This document shows positions 11,270-24,625 of a stretch of 64,000 bases of DNA, one piece after another. Position 1 is the stretch's first letter. Each line of letters opens with the position of its first letter. Source of the DNA: Octopus sinensis (lineage: Eukaryota); assembly GCF_006345805.1 (NCBI RefSeq), contig NC_043004.1:30814001-30878000 (forward strand). Reading direction: 5' to 3'. The notes beneath the pieces were generated by a model. It made no database searches. It worked only from the letters and a program-made list of their open reading frames with translations, and had not been told where the DNA came from. Made by a program: the position numbers and the translations under genes.

Positions 11270-12320
11270 TTATATGTTGTTCTTTCAAAACTGCAAGCAT
11301 GAACATTTTAGTTTATGGCTGCATCTTGTAATTCTTTCAGTGTACCTGTTCACCAGTTTATCTACACTCATTAAAATGCATAGGGTTTCCTCAGAAAAGA
11401 GATTGCAAGATCCTGGGAACATATTATATGGATATGCATTTTTTATTATCGACCATATGACATCATATTGCACTCTAACTTCCTTAAATCTCCAAACAGG
11501 GTAATCAAATGATGTGCAGTGTCTCTTATTAATGCTTTTGAATGATGCAATATTGTTCAGAAATTGATTTTTGAAGGAACCTGTAGTTGCACCAATACAT
11601 GCAAATGCATCCACTACCATTCTTACTGTACATTTATATATTACATTCTTCTGCAGGCATTCATTTTGCAGAGGACATGCATTCCTGTCCCTGAAACTAC
11701 AATTGTTTACCATACTGTTTTCTATTAAGTTGTAACCTGTCTTCTTTCCAAATTTTTCCTTGTTTCTGTTATTATTAATTCTCCCTACAAGGCAAGCTAA
11801 CAGAATCATTAGCACCCTGGCAAAATGTTTAGCAGCATTATATCCATCTGCACATTCTGAGTTCAAATTCTACTAGGTCAATATAATTAACTAGTGCTCT
11901 CCCACCAAATTTCAGGCTTTGTGCTTTTACTAGAAAGGATTATTAATTCTCCTTATATATCCTTCATTACCATCCTTGTTTCTGTTTCTAATACTACTAT
12001 TATTAAGATTTTCAACATATTTATTTTTACTTATTATTGCCATCACCTATATCATTACTTCTATCATAATCATTTGGATAAGCTTGATTATTTTCTCCTT
12101 TACTATTACAGTTCTTAGACAGATCACTTCTATCTTTACTCCCACTAATTGTCTTAGTTAACTTCTGCTTTATCTTTCTATTATTAAGTTTATGAATGTA
12201 ATATTCAAAGTTACTAGAGGTTGTGTATGATAATTTCACTGTATGTCTGTTAAAAATCTGGTGGCATTTGTTAGATTTTGAAAAATTCTTATCCAATGCA
12301 GAACTGGATATATTCACGAG
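11270..12320 (-). mobile_element. Second decayed Penelope-like element (linker and GIY-YIG endonuclease), interrupted by a SINE B
   Basis: ORF 12027-12317: LDKNFSKSNKCHQIFNRHTVKLSYTT. ORF 11285-11866: CSFRDRNACPLQNECLQKNVIYKCTV...CIGATTGSFKNQF...WSIIKNAYPYN...CNLFSEE...RCSH. Confidence 0.85.
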
Positions 12321-12420
12321 TACCTGTTGAATACATACACTGACAATGGAATGCTAAAAATAATGTAATGGCATGAGTATAAAACAAAGAGAAACTAAAG
12401 ATGATCTAGCAGCGCTTTGT

Positions 12421-12480
12421 ACCCGAAGACATGTATGTCTCACCCGAAGACATGTATGTCTCACCCGAAGACATGTATGT
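12421..12480. repeat. 21-bp tandem repeat, about 3 copies (CACCCGAAGACATGTATGTCT)
   Basis: Direct reading. Confidence 0.9.
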
Positions 12481-12979
12481 ATACAGCTATTGTTGGAACA
12501 TATCAACATAACAACGTGTATAATATATGTAACATTCAGCAATTATCAGCTCATAATGATGCACCAAAACTGTTGCAGTGATTTATAATAAAGCCTGTTC
12601 ATTCCATTTTCTCATTTTAAAATTCTTTTGTATATACTCTACGGATATTCATGGATTTCCGCAAGAATATTCAGTAAAAGGAGAAGTGTTACTGTATGAT
12701 AGCATCTGATAACCAATACCTGAAGAGAAGCTTTAGAAAGCATGCTATAAGGTTATTACCCTGATAAAACTAAGTAATATATATATATGTATATGTATAT
12801 ATCTCTTTATTACTTTGTGTTTAGCATTTATAAGACTACTTTAGCTTGCAAAACAAAATAGCATAAAACTATTTAAGGACCTTGATAATTTTATTTACAA
12901 TATAAAAATTACAACACAAAATATAAACAATGAATCTGTCCTCACAAAATACAAATAGGAAACTTATATACACTGAAAT

Positions 12980-14424
12980 AAACCTATAGACAAATACACA
13001 CATAAGCATACATGTGCACACACACATACACACACACACTTGTAAACACTCATGAATCCATACACACATTCATTCATAGAAACAAGCATTCACACATCAA
13101 CAAAAATACACATGCCTACACAAATACACACATAAACACACACAAATATAGGCATACACACATACACAAACAATCACACATAGACATGCAAATATGCATG
13201 TTCACATACATACACAAACATCATACACACACACTCACACAAACAAACTCTCTCACAGACATACAAACACACACATATAGTCACATACATACAAATACAC
13301 ATATAGACATGAAACACATACATACACATACACAAACAAACTGTCACACACTCACTAACATAGACAAGCAAGTGCATACACATACACAAGCACATGCAAA
13401 CAAACAAACGCATATATATATATAGTCTCACAAACACACACATACACAAACATACACAGACATGCATACACACACATATACAGACACATACACATACACA
13501 AACAAACAGTCACAGATGCACAGCAATCACACACCAACTCAAACACACATAGACAAACATACACAAACCCTAAGTAATGTGTATCTACTTAAAATGAAAA
13601 AAAAATAACAAGGTTGCATTAGTCATAAATGTTGCATTTAATGCACATCACTGCAGATTAACAGACTGATTTGATTAAAAGACCAATTTACTGCAATTAC
13701 CAATCTTGTCCAACGCCACCGTCATCTCCACAACCCCCCCCCACTTTCTTTACTCCTCTCATGCAAATTTCTCCCCACTCCCCTTTCACCATTCTCTCAT
13801 CCTCCTCTCCTCTAATCTCCCACTCCTCATGTATCATCTCTCACTAGTTTTTCCTACTATCATCACCACGACGACCACCACTAACACCACCACCACCAAC
13901 ACCACCTCCTCCACCACCACCTCCACAACCACAGTAACTATGACTGTTGCCACCACCAACACCACCAACACCAGCAGTACTACCCCTTACTATTATCACC
14001 ACCTATACTGACACTACTACTGTTACTACAACCACTACTAACAACAACACATCACCACTACCACTACAAGCAACACTACCAATACAACTACTCTGTAATC
14101 ACCACTTATACTAGCACCTCCACTACTGCTACTAATATTACTAGTATACCACCTATAGCAACATAACCACTACAACTACTACCACCACCAACATCACTAC
14201 TATCAGTGTCAATACTACCACTAGCTCCACTTCTACCAATACCACCACCAACAACACAATCACCACTACCAACACTAATGATACTACCACTATGAACAAT
14301 ACAACTATCACCACTACCACTACCACCAACACCACCACTATCAGCTTCAATCCTGTCACCACTACCACACCAACACCATCATCAGTACCTACCTCTACAA
14401 ACATTATTACTATTACCACCAGTC

Positions 14425-14481
<57 letters not shown>

Positions 14482-14837
14482 TTACTACTGCTGCTGCTGC
14501 TACCACCACCACCACTAATCACAACTACTACCTACACCATAACTATCATCACCACCACTTACATATATCTTCACATACAGTTTACATTCAATAGCCTTCC
14601 CTACGCTTTCACAGCACCCACACATACACATAAACACTGATACATACACACAATTACACATACACACACGTTTACACACATATATGCAAATACACACATA
14701 CACATAGCTACAAAGACACACTCATGCAATTACGCACATGCACATACACACACTACACACATACATTTGTGTCCACACAAATACACATTAAAACGCACAC
14801 TTATACACACATACATATGCACATATGCACAAACACA

Positions 14838-14905
<68 letters not shown>
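12980..14905. repeat. Degenerate (CA)n and (CAC/TAC)n low-complexity block
   Basis: Direct reading; source of the poly-T/poly-V and HT/CV pseudo-ORFs. Confidence 0.9.
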
Positions 14906-14906
<1 letters not shown>

Positions 14907-15925
14907 GTTACACTGCATTTTACTAGAACTGGGTTGTCTGAAGCAGTTGCTGCTTATTTAATTGAATTATTTTCAAAAAAAAAAAAAAAACTCTTTCTCT
15001 GAGACGTTTTATGGTTCCTACGAAGTAAATATCACTGAATCCAACACATTTTCACAACCAGTTAACTTTTAATTCTCGTCAAACCAAAAGCTTCTCTTCA
15101 TTGCACTACATAACGATAATAATTTAGTGATGCTAAATGAAGTGAATAGCTTCAAGTGGAAATCACTTCAAATGAAATAAAACTGCATCAACCTGCCCAT
15201 GTACCTGGTAACATCAGTGTTGCTATATATATATACTTATTTATTTATTTATTTATTTAAAGGACACAATACATGTGTTACTCGTCATATGGTGATGGGT
15301 AACTCTGGAAATATACTATTGCCAGCATGGGTAATATCAGGAAGTATGACAAACATGATCTTTTACTCTTTTATTCTTTTATCTGTTTCAGTCACTGACT
15401 GTGTCCATGCTGGGGCACTGCCTTCAAGAGTTTAGTCGAACAAATTGATTCCAGTTCTCATTTTTTTGATCTTGGTATTTATTCTATTGGTCTCTTTTTG
15501 CTGAACCACTGAGTTATGGGGGACAAAAAAACACCAGCCCCGGTAATCAAGTGGTGGTGGGAGACAAACACAAACACAAAGACACACACACACACACACA
15601 ATAGGTATGGTGATGCAAGGTAGAAGCAAGATAGTAACTCAAGGGCCAAGAGTTTCATGAACTGGCACTACCTTCGAAACGCGGAGTAGACGAAACAGGG
15701 ACAACTGAAGAAGGGGAATATTCCTCGTGTTGTATGTCTTGTACTCTGTTTTTACATTGTTCGAAAAAAAAATTTATTTCCATGTTTTTGCTTTTATGTT
15801 TTCTTTTCTCATTGTGTTCAACGTTTTTTTGATGTTCTGTAACCATACATGCCTGTATATATACATATAGATGTAGGTATGTACATATATGTATGTATAT
15901 ATGCATATATTATATATTATTTATA

Positions 15926-15977
<52 letters not shown>

Positions 15978-16213
15978 TATACATATATATACACACACAC
16001 AAGAAAGCACATAAATGCAAAACAAGGTGAAAAAATAGTACTCAAATACCAAAGGTAGAGTAATATACTTTTTATTAAAGCTGCAAAATCATCACAAAAA
16101 GCAGTTTTTTGTGATGTTTTTACAGTTTTAATAAAAGAAGTATATATATATATATATATAAATATGTGTGTGTGTGTGTGTGGTGTGTGTGTGTGTGTGT
16201 ATATATATATGTA

Positions 16214-17000
16214 TTGGGTTGGCAACTAAGTTCCCACCGTTTTTTTAAATTTTAGAATTTATTGCGTTTATAAATTTTGGAATCTATTTTTTTCGAGAAT
16301 TATATTTTTGAATCATTTTAGAATCTATTTTGTTTTTTGTTTTTTTCTTGTTAATTTTAGCTAATTTTTATTTATTTTCAGATCATTAAAATGGAATGTC
16401 AAGTTAAGAAAAACGAGCATTTTCGACACCGCCTACTTTTTGCTTTTAATCAAGGTTCTAAGGCTGCAAAAGCTGCTCACAACATTTGTGCTGTGTATGG
16501 AGAGGGTGCCATAGCTGAAAGAACCGCTCGTGATTGGTATGCCAAGTTCAAGAAAGGAAATTTTGACCTCAAAGACGCACCTCATTCTGGCCATCCAGTT
16601 GAGTTCGATGAAGAGAGATTAAGCCAACTTTTGCACAAAAATTCTCATCAAACAAGGGAACTGGCAGAGAAAATGGAATTTTCCCACACTGCTATAGAGA
16701 AGCATCTTCACTCGATGGGAATGGTTCAGAAGTATGGAGCATGGGTTCCACATGCTTTAAATGACAACAACAAAAATCAACGAGCCACAATCTCCGCTAG
16801 TTTGCTTGCTCATTACTGCTTGACTCATGGACACAAGCAATGATTTCTTTACCGAATCATTACTGGCGATAAAAAATGGTGCCTGTACATCAATATGAAT
16901 CAGCGTAAGGAATAGCTTAGCTCCTGTAAACAAGCGACACCACATGTGAAACAAGATCTTCATCCATGTAAAATGATGTTCGTATGGTGGGACTGGGAAG
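16214..17000 (+). pseudogene. 3'-truncated mariner transposon, mellifera-like subfamily
   Basis: TA then TIR TTGGGTTGGCAACTAAGT; ORF 16391-16843 MECQVKKNEHFRHRLLFAF...SGHPVEFD...WVPHAL; continues through a stop into FLYRIITGDKKW...WWDWE. Confidence 0.9.
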
Positions 17001-17044
17001 AGATGCCCTAACACTTTATCACCACATCTTTTCTCTCTTTCTAG

Positions 17045-17365
17045 CTGGAGTGAAGGTGCATGGTTTAATGGTTAGGGTATTCAGCTCAAGATCCCAAGGT
17101 CATAAATTCGATAGCCAGCAACATGTTGTTACCTTAAGCAAGACACTTTATTTCACATTGCTCCAGTTCACTCAGCTGGCAAAAATGAGTTGTACCTGTA
17201 TTTCAAAGGGCCACCCTTGTCACATTCTAAGTCATACTGGATCTCCCTGAGAACTACACTAAAGGTACATGAGTCCATAGAGTGCTCAGCCATGTGCACA
17301 TTAATCTCATGAACAGGCTGCTCCAGTAATCAGTTCAAATGGAACACTTGATGCCATAACCGATT
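17045..17365 (+). mobile_element. tRNA-derived CORE-like SINE (family C)
   Basis: TGGTTTAATGGTTAG A-box-like head, then ACCTTAAGCAAGACACTTTATTTCACATTGCTCCAG..CACTCAGCTG..AAATGAGT, a CORE-like block. Confidence 0.6.
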
Positions 17366-18120
17366 GAGTGCCAGTTTAGCTGGGGTAGCCATGTATGTCC
17401 TTTGCTGCAAGACAATTATCTCTGTCCCTCAGTCATGCGTTAACCTCTCAAATCCTGACCCTAAGCCATCTCTCTCAATACTCCCCCACTTCAGTCAAGA
17501 GGGCTTATTTGTAAATTATTTGATAACTTTACTAGTGCCAGATCCCCCTAAAAACACCCAGTATATATTGTAAAGTGGTTGACATAAGGAAAGGCATCCA
17601 GCAATAGGACCCATGCCAAAGCAGACATTCGAGCTTGACACAGTCCTCCAACTTATCAGATCCTGTAAAACCATCCAACCTATGCCAGCATTGAAAGATG
17701 GATATTATGATGATGATGATGATGATGATAGTGGCAGCAGCTTCTTCTTCTTCTTCTTATTATTATTATCATTATTATTATTATTATCATTATTATTATT
17801 ATTATTATTATTATAATCATTATTAGGAGTAATGGTGGCCTGCCTCAGAAACGAGCACCACTGGCCATTCTCCACAGCAACACCATCGTGATCATTACCA
17901 TGGGGCACATCTGAGCACACCGTTTTTTCAGGGGTATGTGGCCCATCGCCCCTTCCCCCTTCATATTCTGCTGCTTTACCCCCACCCCCCACACACATTT
18001 TTCTTTTCTTTCTTTTTCTTTCTTATCTCTTCTTTTTCCTGTTTCATTGACCAATATTCAATAGTGTTCTACACTTTATTTGGAAACAATCATAATTTAC
18101 AGCCTTTTTTCTCTCCTTCT

Positions 18121-18758
18121 TTAAATTCTTTAGCATTCAGATTCCTCTGCCAAATGTAATGCTTATTTTCGTCTTTTATCTTTTACTTGTCTCAGTCATC
18201 AGACGGCAGCCCCATGTTGGGGCACCACTTTGAAGAATTCTTAGTCAAATGTACTGACCCCAGTACTTATTTTTAAAAGCCTGGTACTTACTCTGTCAGT
18301 CCCTTTTGCTGAACCACTAAGTTACAGGTACATAAACACACCAGCACCAGTGCCAAGTGGTGGCTAGGGAACAAACATAGACATAAAGACACACATGCAT
18401 GCACACACACACACACATATATATATATGATAGGCTTCTTTCAGTTTCCGTCTACCAAATCCACTCACAAGGCTTTAGTCGGGTCTGGGCTATAGAAGAA
18501 GACACTTTCCCAAAGTGCCATGCAGTGGGACTGAACTCAGAACCATGTGGTTGGGAAGCAAGCTTCTTACTACACAGCCACACCTGCGCTTTCACATTGT
18601 TTTGAATTAATCTTGCATTGTCTTGTGGCTTCAAGAGTTTGATTAAAGTGAATGTTTACAATTTACAATGACATTCTAGTGTAGGTGTGAGATGTTGAAT
18701 CTGGCCAGTTTGAACATAAAAGAGTAAAAATATGGTCAGTTCAAATGCTAAAGGCTTA
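18121..18758. mobile_element. piggyBac-like MITE (TTAA ends) interrupted by SINE A (about 18170-18590, minus)
   Basis: TTAAATTCTTTAGCATTC ... AATGCTAAAGGCTTAA inverted ends. Related copies at about 35360-35596 and 55773-55950. Confidence 0.55.
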
Positions 18759-18774
18759 AAGTGTTAAAAAAGAC

Positions 18775-19192
18775 AAGGCGGCAAGCTGGCAGAAACGTTA
18801 GCTCGCTGGGCGAAATGCTTAGCGGTATTTCATCTGCCGCTACCTTCTGAGTTCAAATTCCGCCGAGGTCGACTTTGCCTTTTATCCTTTCGGGGTCAAT
18901 TAAATATGTACCAGTTATGCACTGGGGTTGATATAATCGACTTAATCCATTTGACTGTCCTTGTTTGTCTTCTCTGTGTTTAGCCCCTTGCGGGTAGTAA
19001 AGAAATAGGTATTTCATCTGCCGCTACGTTCTGAGTTCAAATTCCACTGAGGTCGACTTTGCCTTTTATCCTTTCGGGGTGAATTAAATAAGTACCAGTT
19101 ATGCACTGGGGTCGATATAATCAACTTAATTCATTTGTCTGTCCTTGTTTGTCTTCTCTGTGTGTAGCCCCTTGTCAGCAGTAAAGAAATAA
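18775..19192 (+). mobile_element. SINE family B with a 184-bp internal tandem duplication
   Basis: GGTATTTCATCTGCCGCTAC starts at both 18824 and 19008. Confidence 0.85.
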
Positions 19193-19529
19193 AAAAGGAC
19201 AATGTAACTTTCCCAGTTTCTCAATCACTTACTTTGTTTTGTTTTTTGTTGTTTTCATTATGGAACTTGCTTCCCTATTAAATTTATTTTGCCTCTTTTG
19301 ATATCAAATCATCTGAGACTGCCCCTGTTACAATGCCTGTTTTAAAGTGAACTAAATTAAACCTTTCTTTAAAATTTCTTGTTAGATTTATGTTCCAAAC
19401 ACCAGCTTCATAACAATAAAGTTGTTTTGCTGAATTCTTAATTATTTTCAAAGTTAACTGAAATGAAAACAGTGTATTTTAACAGAAATTTGGTGATGAA
19501 AGGCTTAAAGAAAAAGGAATCTGTTAACT

Positions 19530-19553
19530 AGAAAGAGAGAAAGAAAGAAAGAC

Positions 19554-19640
<87 letters not shown>

Positions 19641-19839
19641 AAAATGACAGAATAAAACAAAGAAAGAAATCAAAAGAATTATTCAAATATAAAAACTATA
19701 AAAGAGAGAGAGAGAGACAGACAGACAGACAAAGGGAGGGAGAGAGAGGGAGAGACAAAAAGAAAGAAAGAAAGAACAAAAGAAAAATGAAAGAATGAAA
19801 AGAAATCAAAAGAATCGTTGAAATATAAAAACTATTAAA

Positions 19840-19887
<48 letters not shown>

Positions 19888-19890
19888 AAA

Positions 19891-19933
<43 letters not shown>

Positions 19934-20015
19934 GGAGACTTTGAAATATAAAAACTATAAAAGAGAGGGGAGAGAAACAGACAGCTAGAAAGGCAGATGG
20001 GGGAAAGAAAGAAAG
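19530..20015. repeat. (GAAA)n/(GA)n tract with three copies of AAATATAAAAACTAT
   Basis: Direct reading. Confidence 0.9.
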
Positions 20016-20549
20016 ATCTAAGCGTTAGTATTAAAAGTAGTTTTAATTTTTGTCATGGCTTTTTAATGAAATATATATGTGATGTTATTTGATTTGTAGT
20101 TGCTGCTGCTGTTGTTGTTGTTCTTCTTCTTCTTTTCTTCTTCTTCTTCTTCTTCTAATGTGTCCCTCAAGTCAACCCTGATTGAGTCGACCTTTATGTT
20201 TGATGGTGTTTTATGCAGAATTTAATAATGATATAAACTGTAAGTAAATTATCATTGCAGTTTGGAATATAGTCAAAGCAGCAGGAATATAATAATATGA
20301 TACAATGACCGAACTAATATAAATGTATATCACAGCAGTACAAGTACACAACCAAGTACTACTGTAGTGCAGATAGAGCTGTTACAGCATAGAATGAAAG
20401 ACTGTATAACCTGACGCTATGACAATTGAGATGCAGCTAATTATCACACCATAGGTTGAATAACTTGTTAGTGTGACAGTAGAAAGAGTTAGTTGTTACA
20501 ACAGTAACTAGTATAATCTAATTATTGTTGTAGTAGACATATAATTGCT

Positions 20550-21870
20550 ACAACAGAGATTGTGTAACTAGATACTGCTGGAGTAGAAGAGATACAGCTG
20601 TTACAATAGATGTTGTGTAACCAGATACTGCTGTAGGAGAGATACAGTTGTTACAATTGAGGTTGTGTAACCAGATACTGCTGGAGGAGAGATACAGTTG
20701 TTACAATTGAGGTTGTGTAACCAGTTACTGCTGGAGTAGTAGAGATACAGCTGTTACAATAGATGTTGTGTTGTGTAACCAGATACTGCTGGAGGGGAGA
20801 TACAGTTGTTACAATTGAGGTTGTGTAACCAAATACTGCTGGAGGAGAGATACAGCTGTTATAATAGAGGTTGTGTAACCAGATACTGCTGGAGGAGAGA
20901 TACAGTTGTTACAATAGAGGTTGTGTAACCAGATACTGCTGGAGGGGAGATACAGTTGTTACAATAGTGACTGTATAACTAGATACCTTGTAGCAGAGGT
21001 ACAGTTAGTTACTGCAATGGATATTCTGTAACTAGATACTGCTGGAGTGGAGATACAGTTGCTTTCCCTATACTTGTATCTGGTCATGCAACGTCTGTTG
21101 TAACAACTGTATCTCAACTACAAGAACATCTAGTTACACAAACTCTGTTGTAACAATTGTATCTCCACTCCTAGAGTATCTAGTTATGGAATATTTATTA
21201 TAACAACTGTATCTCTACTATAAGAGCATCTAGTTACACAATCTCTATTGTAACAGCTGTATTTCCACTCCACTCTATCTACTGTAACAGCTGTATCTCT
21301 ACTACAAGAGTTACAACAGCGATTGTATAACTACATACACTTGTAGTAGAGATACAGTTGTTACAATAAAGATTGTGTAACTAGATACTGCTGAAATGGA
21401 GATACAGTTGTTACATTAGATTTTCCATTACTGGATACTGCTGAAGTGGAGATACAGCTGTTACAACAGAGATTGTGTAACTAGATGCTCTTGTTGAAGA
21501 AATACAGTTGTTACAATAGAGATTGTATGACTAGATGCTTTTGTAGTAGAGATACAATTGTTACAATAGACATTGTATGACCAGATACAGCTATAAGGGA
21601 GAACAGTTGTTACAACAGAGATTGTGTAGCTAGATACTGTTGGAGTGGAGATACAGCTGTTACAACAGCAATTGCATAACTAGATACTCTTGTAATAGAG
21701 ATATGGTTGTTACAACAGCGATTGTGTAACTAGATACTCTTGTAGTAGAGATACAGTTGTTACAATAGATACTGTGTAGTCAGATACTGCCTTAATAGAG
21801 TGTTGTTATAACAGAGATTGTGTAACTAGATATTGCTGGAGTGGAGATACAGTTGTTACAACTGAGATCG
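20550..21870. repeat. 50-bp minisatellite with an internally inverted block (about 21065-21310)
   Basis: Unit GAGATACAGTTGTTACAATAGAGGTTGTGTAACCAGATACTGCTGGAGGA; GATACAGTTG recurs at 20641 and 20691. Degenerate copies extend to about 20370 and 22420. Confidence 0.9.
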
Positions 21871-23720
21871 CAATAGTAGACACACAAGATAAATGGAGAA
21901 CTATTCTTTGAGAATAGAGATATATCTGTGGTCATAATACTAATTATATAACTAGTTACTGTGATAAAGACACACATAATTGACACAGCATAAGTTATAG
22001 AACTAGTTACAACTAATTGTTACAACATAGCATAATTAATTAATTAATGCCATAAAAGATACTGCTAGCTGGCACACTACAGGTATTATAATTATTGTGG
22101 TAGTGGAGAGGCATCTAGACATCTCAATATACCTTCTGTAACTACTTACTGTAACATTAGAAATACAGATAGTTGTTACAACAAAGATAACTATTCACAA
22201 ATTGTGTTGTGTACAATAATTTGTACATCTAGTTAGTGTGACAGTAGAGTTACAGCTAGCAGATATTGAATATTAGATACGCATCAAATTCTTGCAACAG
22301 AACTGGTAATGTCTAGTTACAGTATAGTACTATTGTAGTTGTTACAGGTTTGTTTATAGAACAATTAGCTGTGACAGTGGAGATACAGCTAGATGTTACA
22401 ACAGAGCTGGTAGATCTGGTTACCATGACAAAAGAAAAGCAATCAATTACCATGTAGTAGATCTTTAACTGATTGGCTTAAAAGCATAAGTTATTAGTTA
22501 AATGTTTACTCATATTAAGACCATTAGTGTTTTTGTTTTGTTTTTTTTTGTGTGTTCATGCCAAGGGACTGACCATAAATGTTGCTACCGCATCAGTAAA
22601 TTAATATTTTATTTGAATATTAATTAATAAGTGCATATATGCACTGATTAAATAATTTTCAAATAAAATCACGATGTTTACAGACAGATGAGTGTTGTCT
22701 TCATAAACAGTGTAACAAATTAGCGGATATCACGGAGATAATAGCTTAAAGTAATACACTTAGAAACTAGGTTTACTACTGTTTCACTGTTCTGTTTACT
22801 TAAATATAATGAAGCTCGGCCAACTTGTAAGTGGAACTAATGAATAAATGAACTCTCTAATCACTCAGACCTGTTCAACAGTCACAACTTCTATAACAAC
22901 CATACTGTTATTAAAGTAGATGTCTGCAAATTCTAATTCTTAGAGCAACATACCCATTGCACCCATCGGTAAAGGTGGACTAGTCAGGATAGAAATTGTG
23001 CATTAATGCTTTCTTTTAGCATTCCTTCATCTACTCAAGTTAAAGTTATCATGTCTACTCAACAACAATAATAGCTGCAATAATAATAATGATAACAAGA
23101 ATAAGCAACAAGAGATATATATACCTCTAATAAAGATGTTATAGCACCAACTAAAACATTGATCACTGATGATTCCTTGATCAGCTAATTGCATTTAGGC
23201 AAAGTAAACCAGGAATATCCAACAGCAACAGCAGCAGTAGATCAGCATCATCATCCTCATTATCACCATCACCACCACCGTCATCATCATCATTATTATA
23301 ATTGTTGTCAAGCATTTATAACAAATTTTTCATAGCAACAGATTTGCAGTAGCTATGTGCAACCAGTAGAGATAATATATTGCACAGTTGCAACATTGCT
23401 GCAGGTTCATCCATGGCTGACAACATCAAAGCATGAATGAAAGTCTCATATTGCGGCAGCTGCACCTGTAAGTAATGATATTGCTCAATTACTGCATGTT
23501 GTTGTTGTTGTTGTCATAGCTGTAAACAGTTTTAGGAATGCTGGCATGGCTGTGTGCCCAACAAGTTTGCCTCACAACCATGGAGTCCTGGGATTGATTC
23601 AATAGTGTCTAACTTTGGACAAATGCCTTCACCAATAGCTTTCAGTTGATCTTGTGAAGGAAATTTGGAAGGGGAAACTGTAGAGAAACTTTTATATATA
23701 TGTGTGTACGTATATGTATA

Positions 23721-23779
<59 letters not shown>

Positions 23780-23829
23780 TATATATACATACATAGGAGA
23801 ATAAGAAATAGAAAGTTCTTGGTACAGTA

Positions 23830-24505
23830 CAAGGTGTCCTAGAATTAACTGTCTATTTCAGGGAAATCATACAATTTTTTTTAAAACTCACTTGGTGACC
23901 CTGCCAGTGCTGGTTCCACATAAAAAGCATCCAGTCCACATTGTAAACAGGTTGGTTTTTGGAAGAGCATCCAGCTATAAAAACCTTGCCAGAACAGACA
24001 CAGTAGCCTGGAGTCTTCTACCTGGCTGGCTCCTTTCAAACCATCCAACCCATACCTGCATGGAAGACAGAGATTAAATGATGAAGATGATGATGATGAT
24101 GATGATGGTGAATTTTTATAATTCTTTTTATAATTTTTTTTTTTCCTGTTGGATCTTGCTTATCTGTCCATGGTAGCTTTTTTTCAATTTGGCTGCAATC
24201 ATTTCCTCTACCTCCATCCCCAGGATGGAGTAATAGTTTAGCTGAATTTAAAGAATGCATTCAGTTAGCAGTGCAGGCAATAACTCCTGAAAAGCTTCAA
24301 AATGTGTTTGCAATGCTAAACAGATTTGAAATTTGCAGGGATACAGACAGAGCATGTGTTGGAAATTTTCAATAATGTCTTGACAAAAGATTTATAAATC
24401 TGTTTGCTTTGGTATCATAATAAAGTAATAAACATAAAAGTCTGTCAATCATTTTAAAAATTTGTCCAATATCATTGAATAGATGGTTAATTCTAGGACA
24501 TCCTG
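23830..24505 (+). mobile_element. Deleted Tc1/mariner-superfamily element with an inserted LINE tail
   Basis: TA flanks; TIR CAAGGTGTCCTAGAATTAACTGTCTA / TAGATGGTTAATTCTAGGACATCCTG; C-terminal remnant KECIQLAVQAITPEKLQNVF. Confidence 0.7.
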
Positions 24506-24625
24506 TATTATATATTGAAAAAAATGAATAGAAATGGCTTTTCTGATAATTTTTCCACTTTGATAATTAGATGTTTATAAATTATTAGGTGTTTACAAAT
24601 GTTGTATGTGCGTGTGTGTTATGTA

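Noticed and set aside
13706-14594. Mucin-like Thr-rich or poly-Val ORFs
   Set aside because: Degenerate CAC/TAC repeat with no splice signals or unique coding context.
20550-21870. CRISPR-like appearance of regularly spaced, partly palindromic repeats
   Set aside because: No unique spacers (whole 50-bp units repeat), no cas genes, eukaryotic context.
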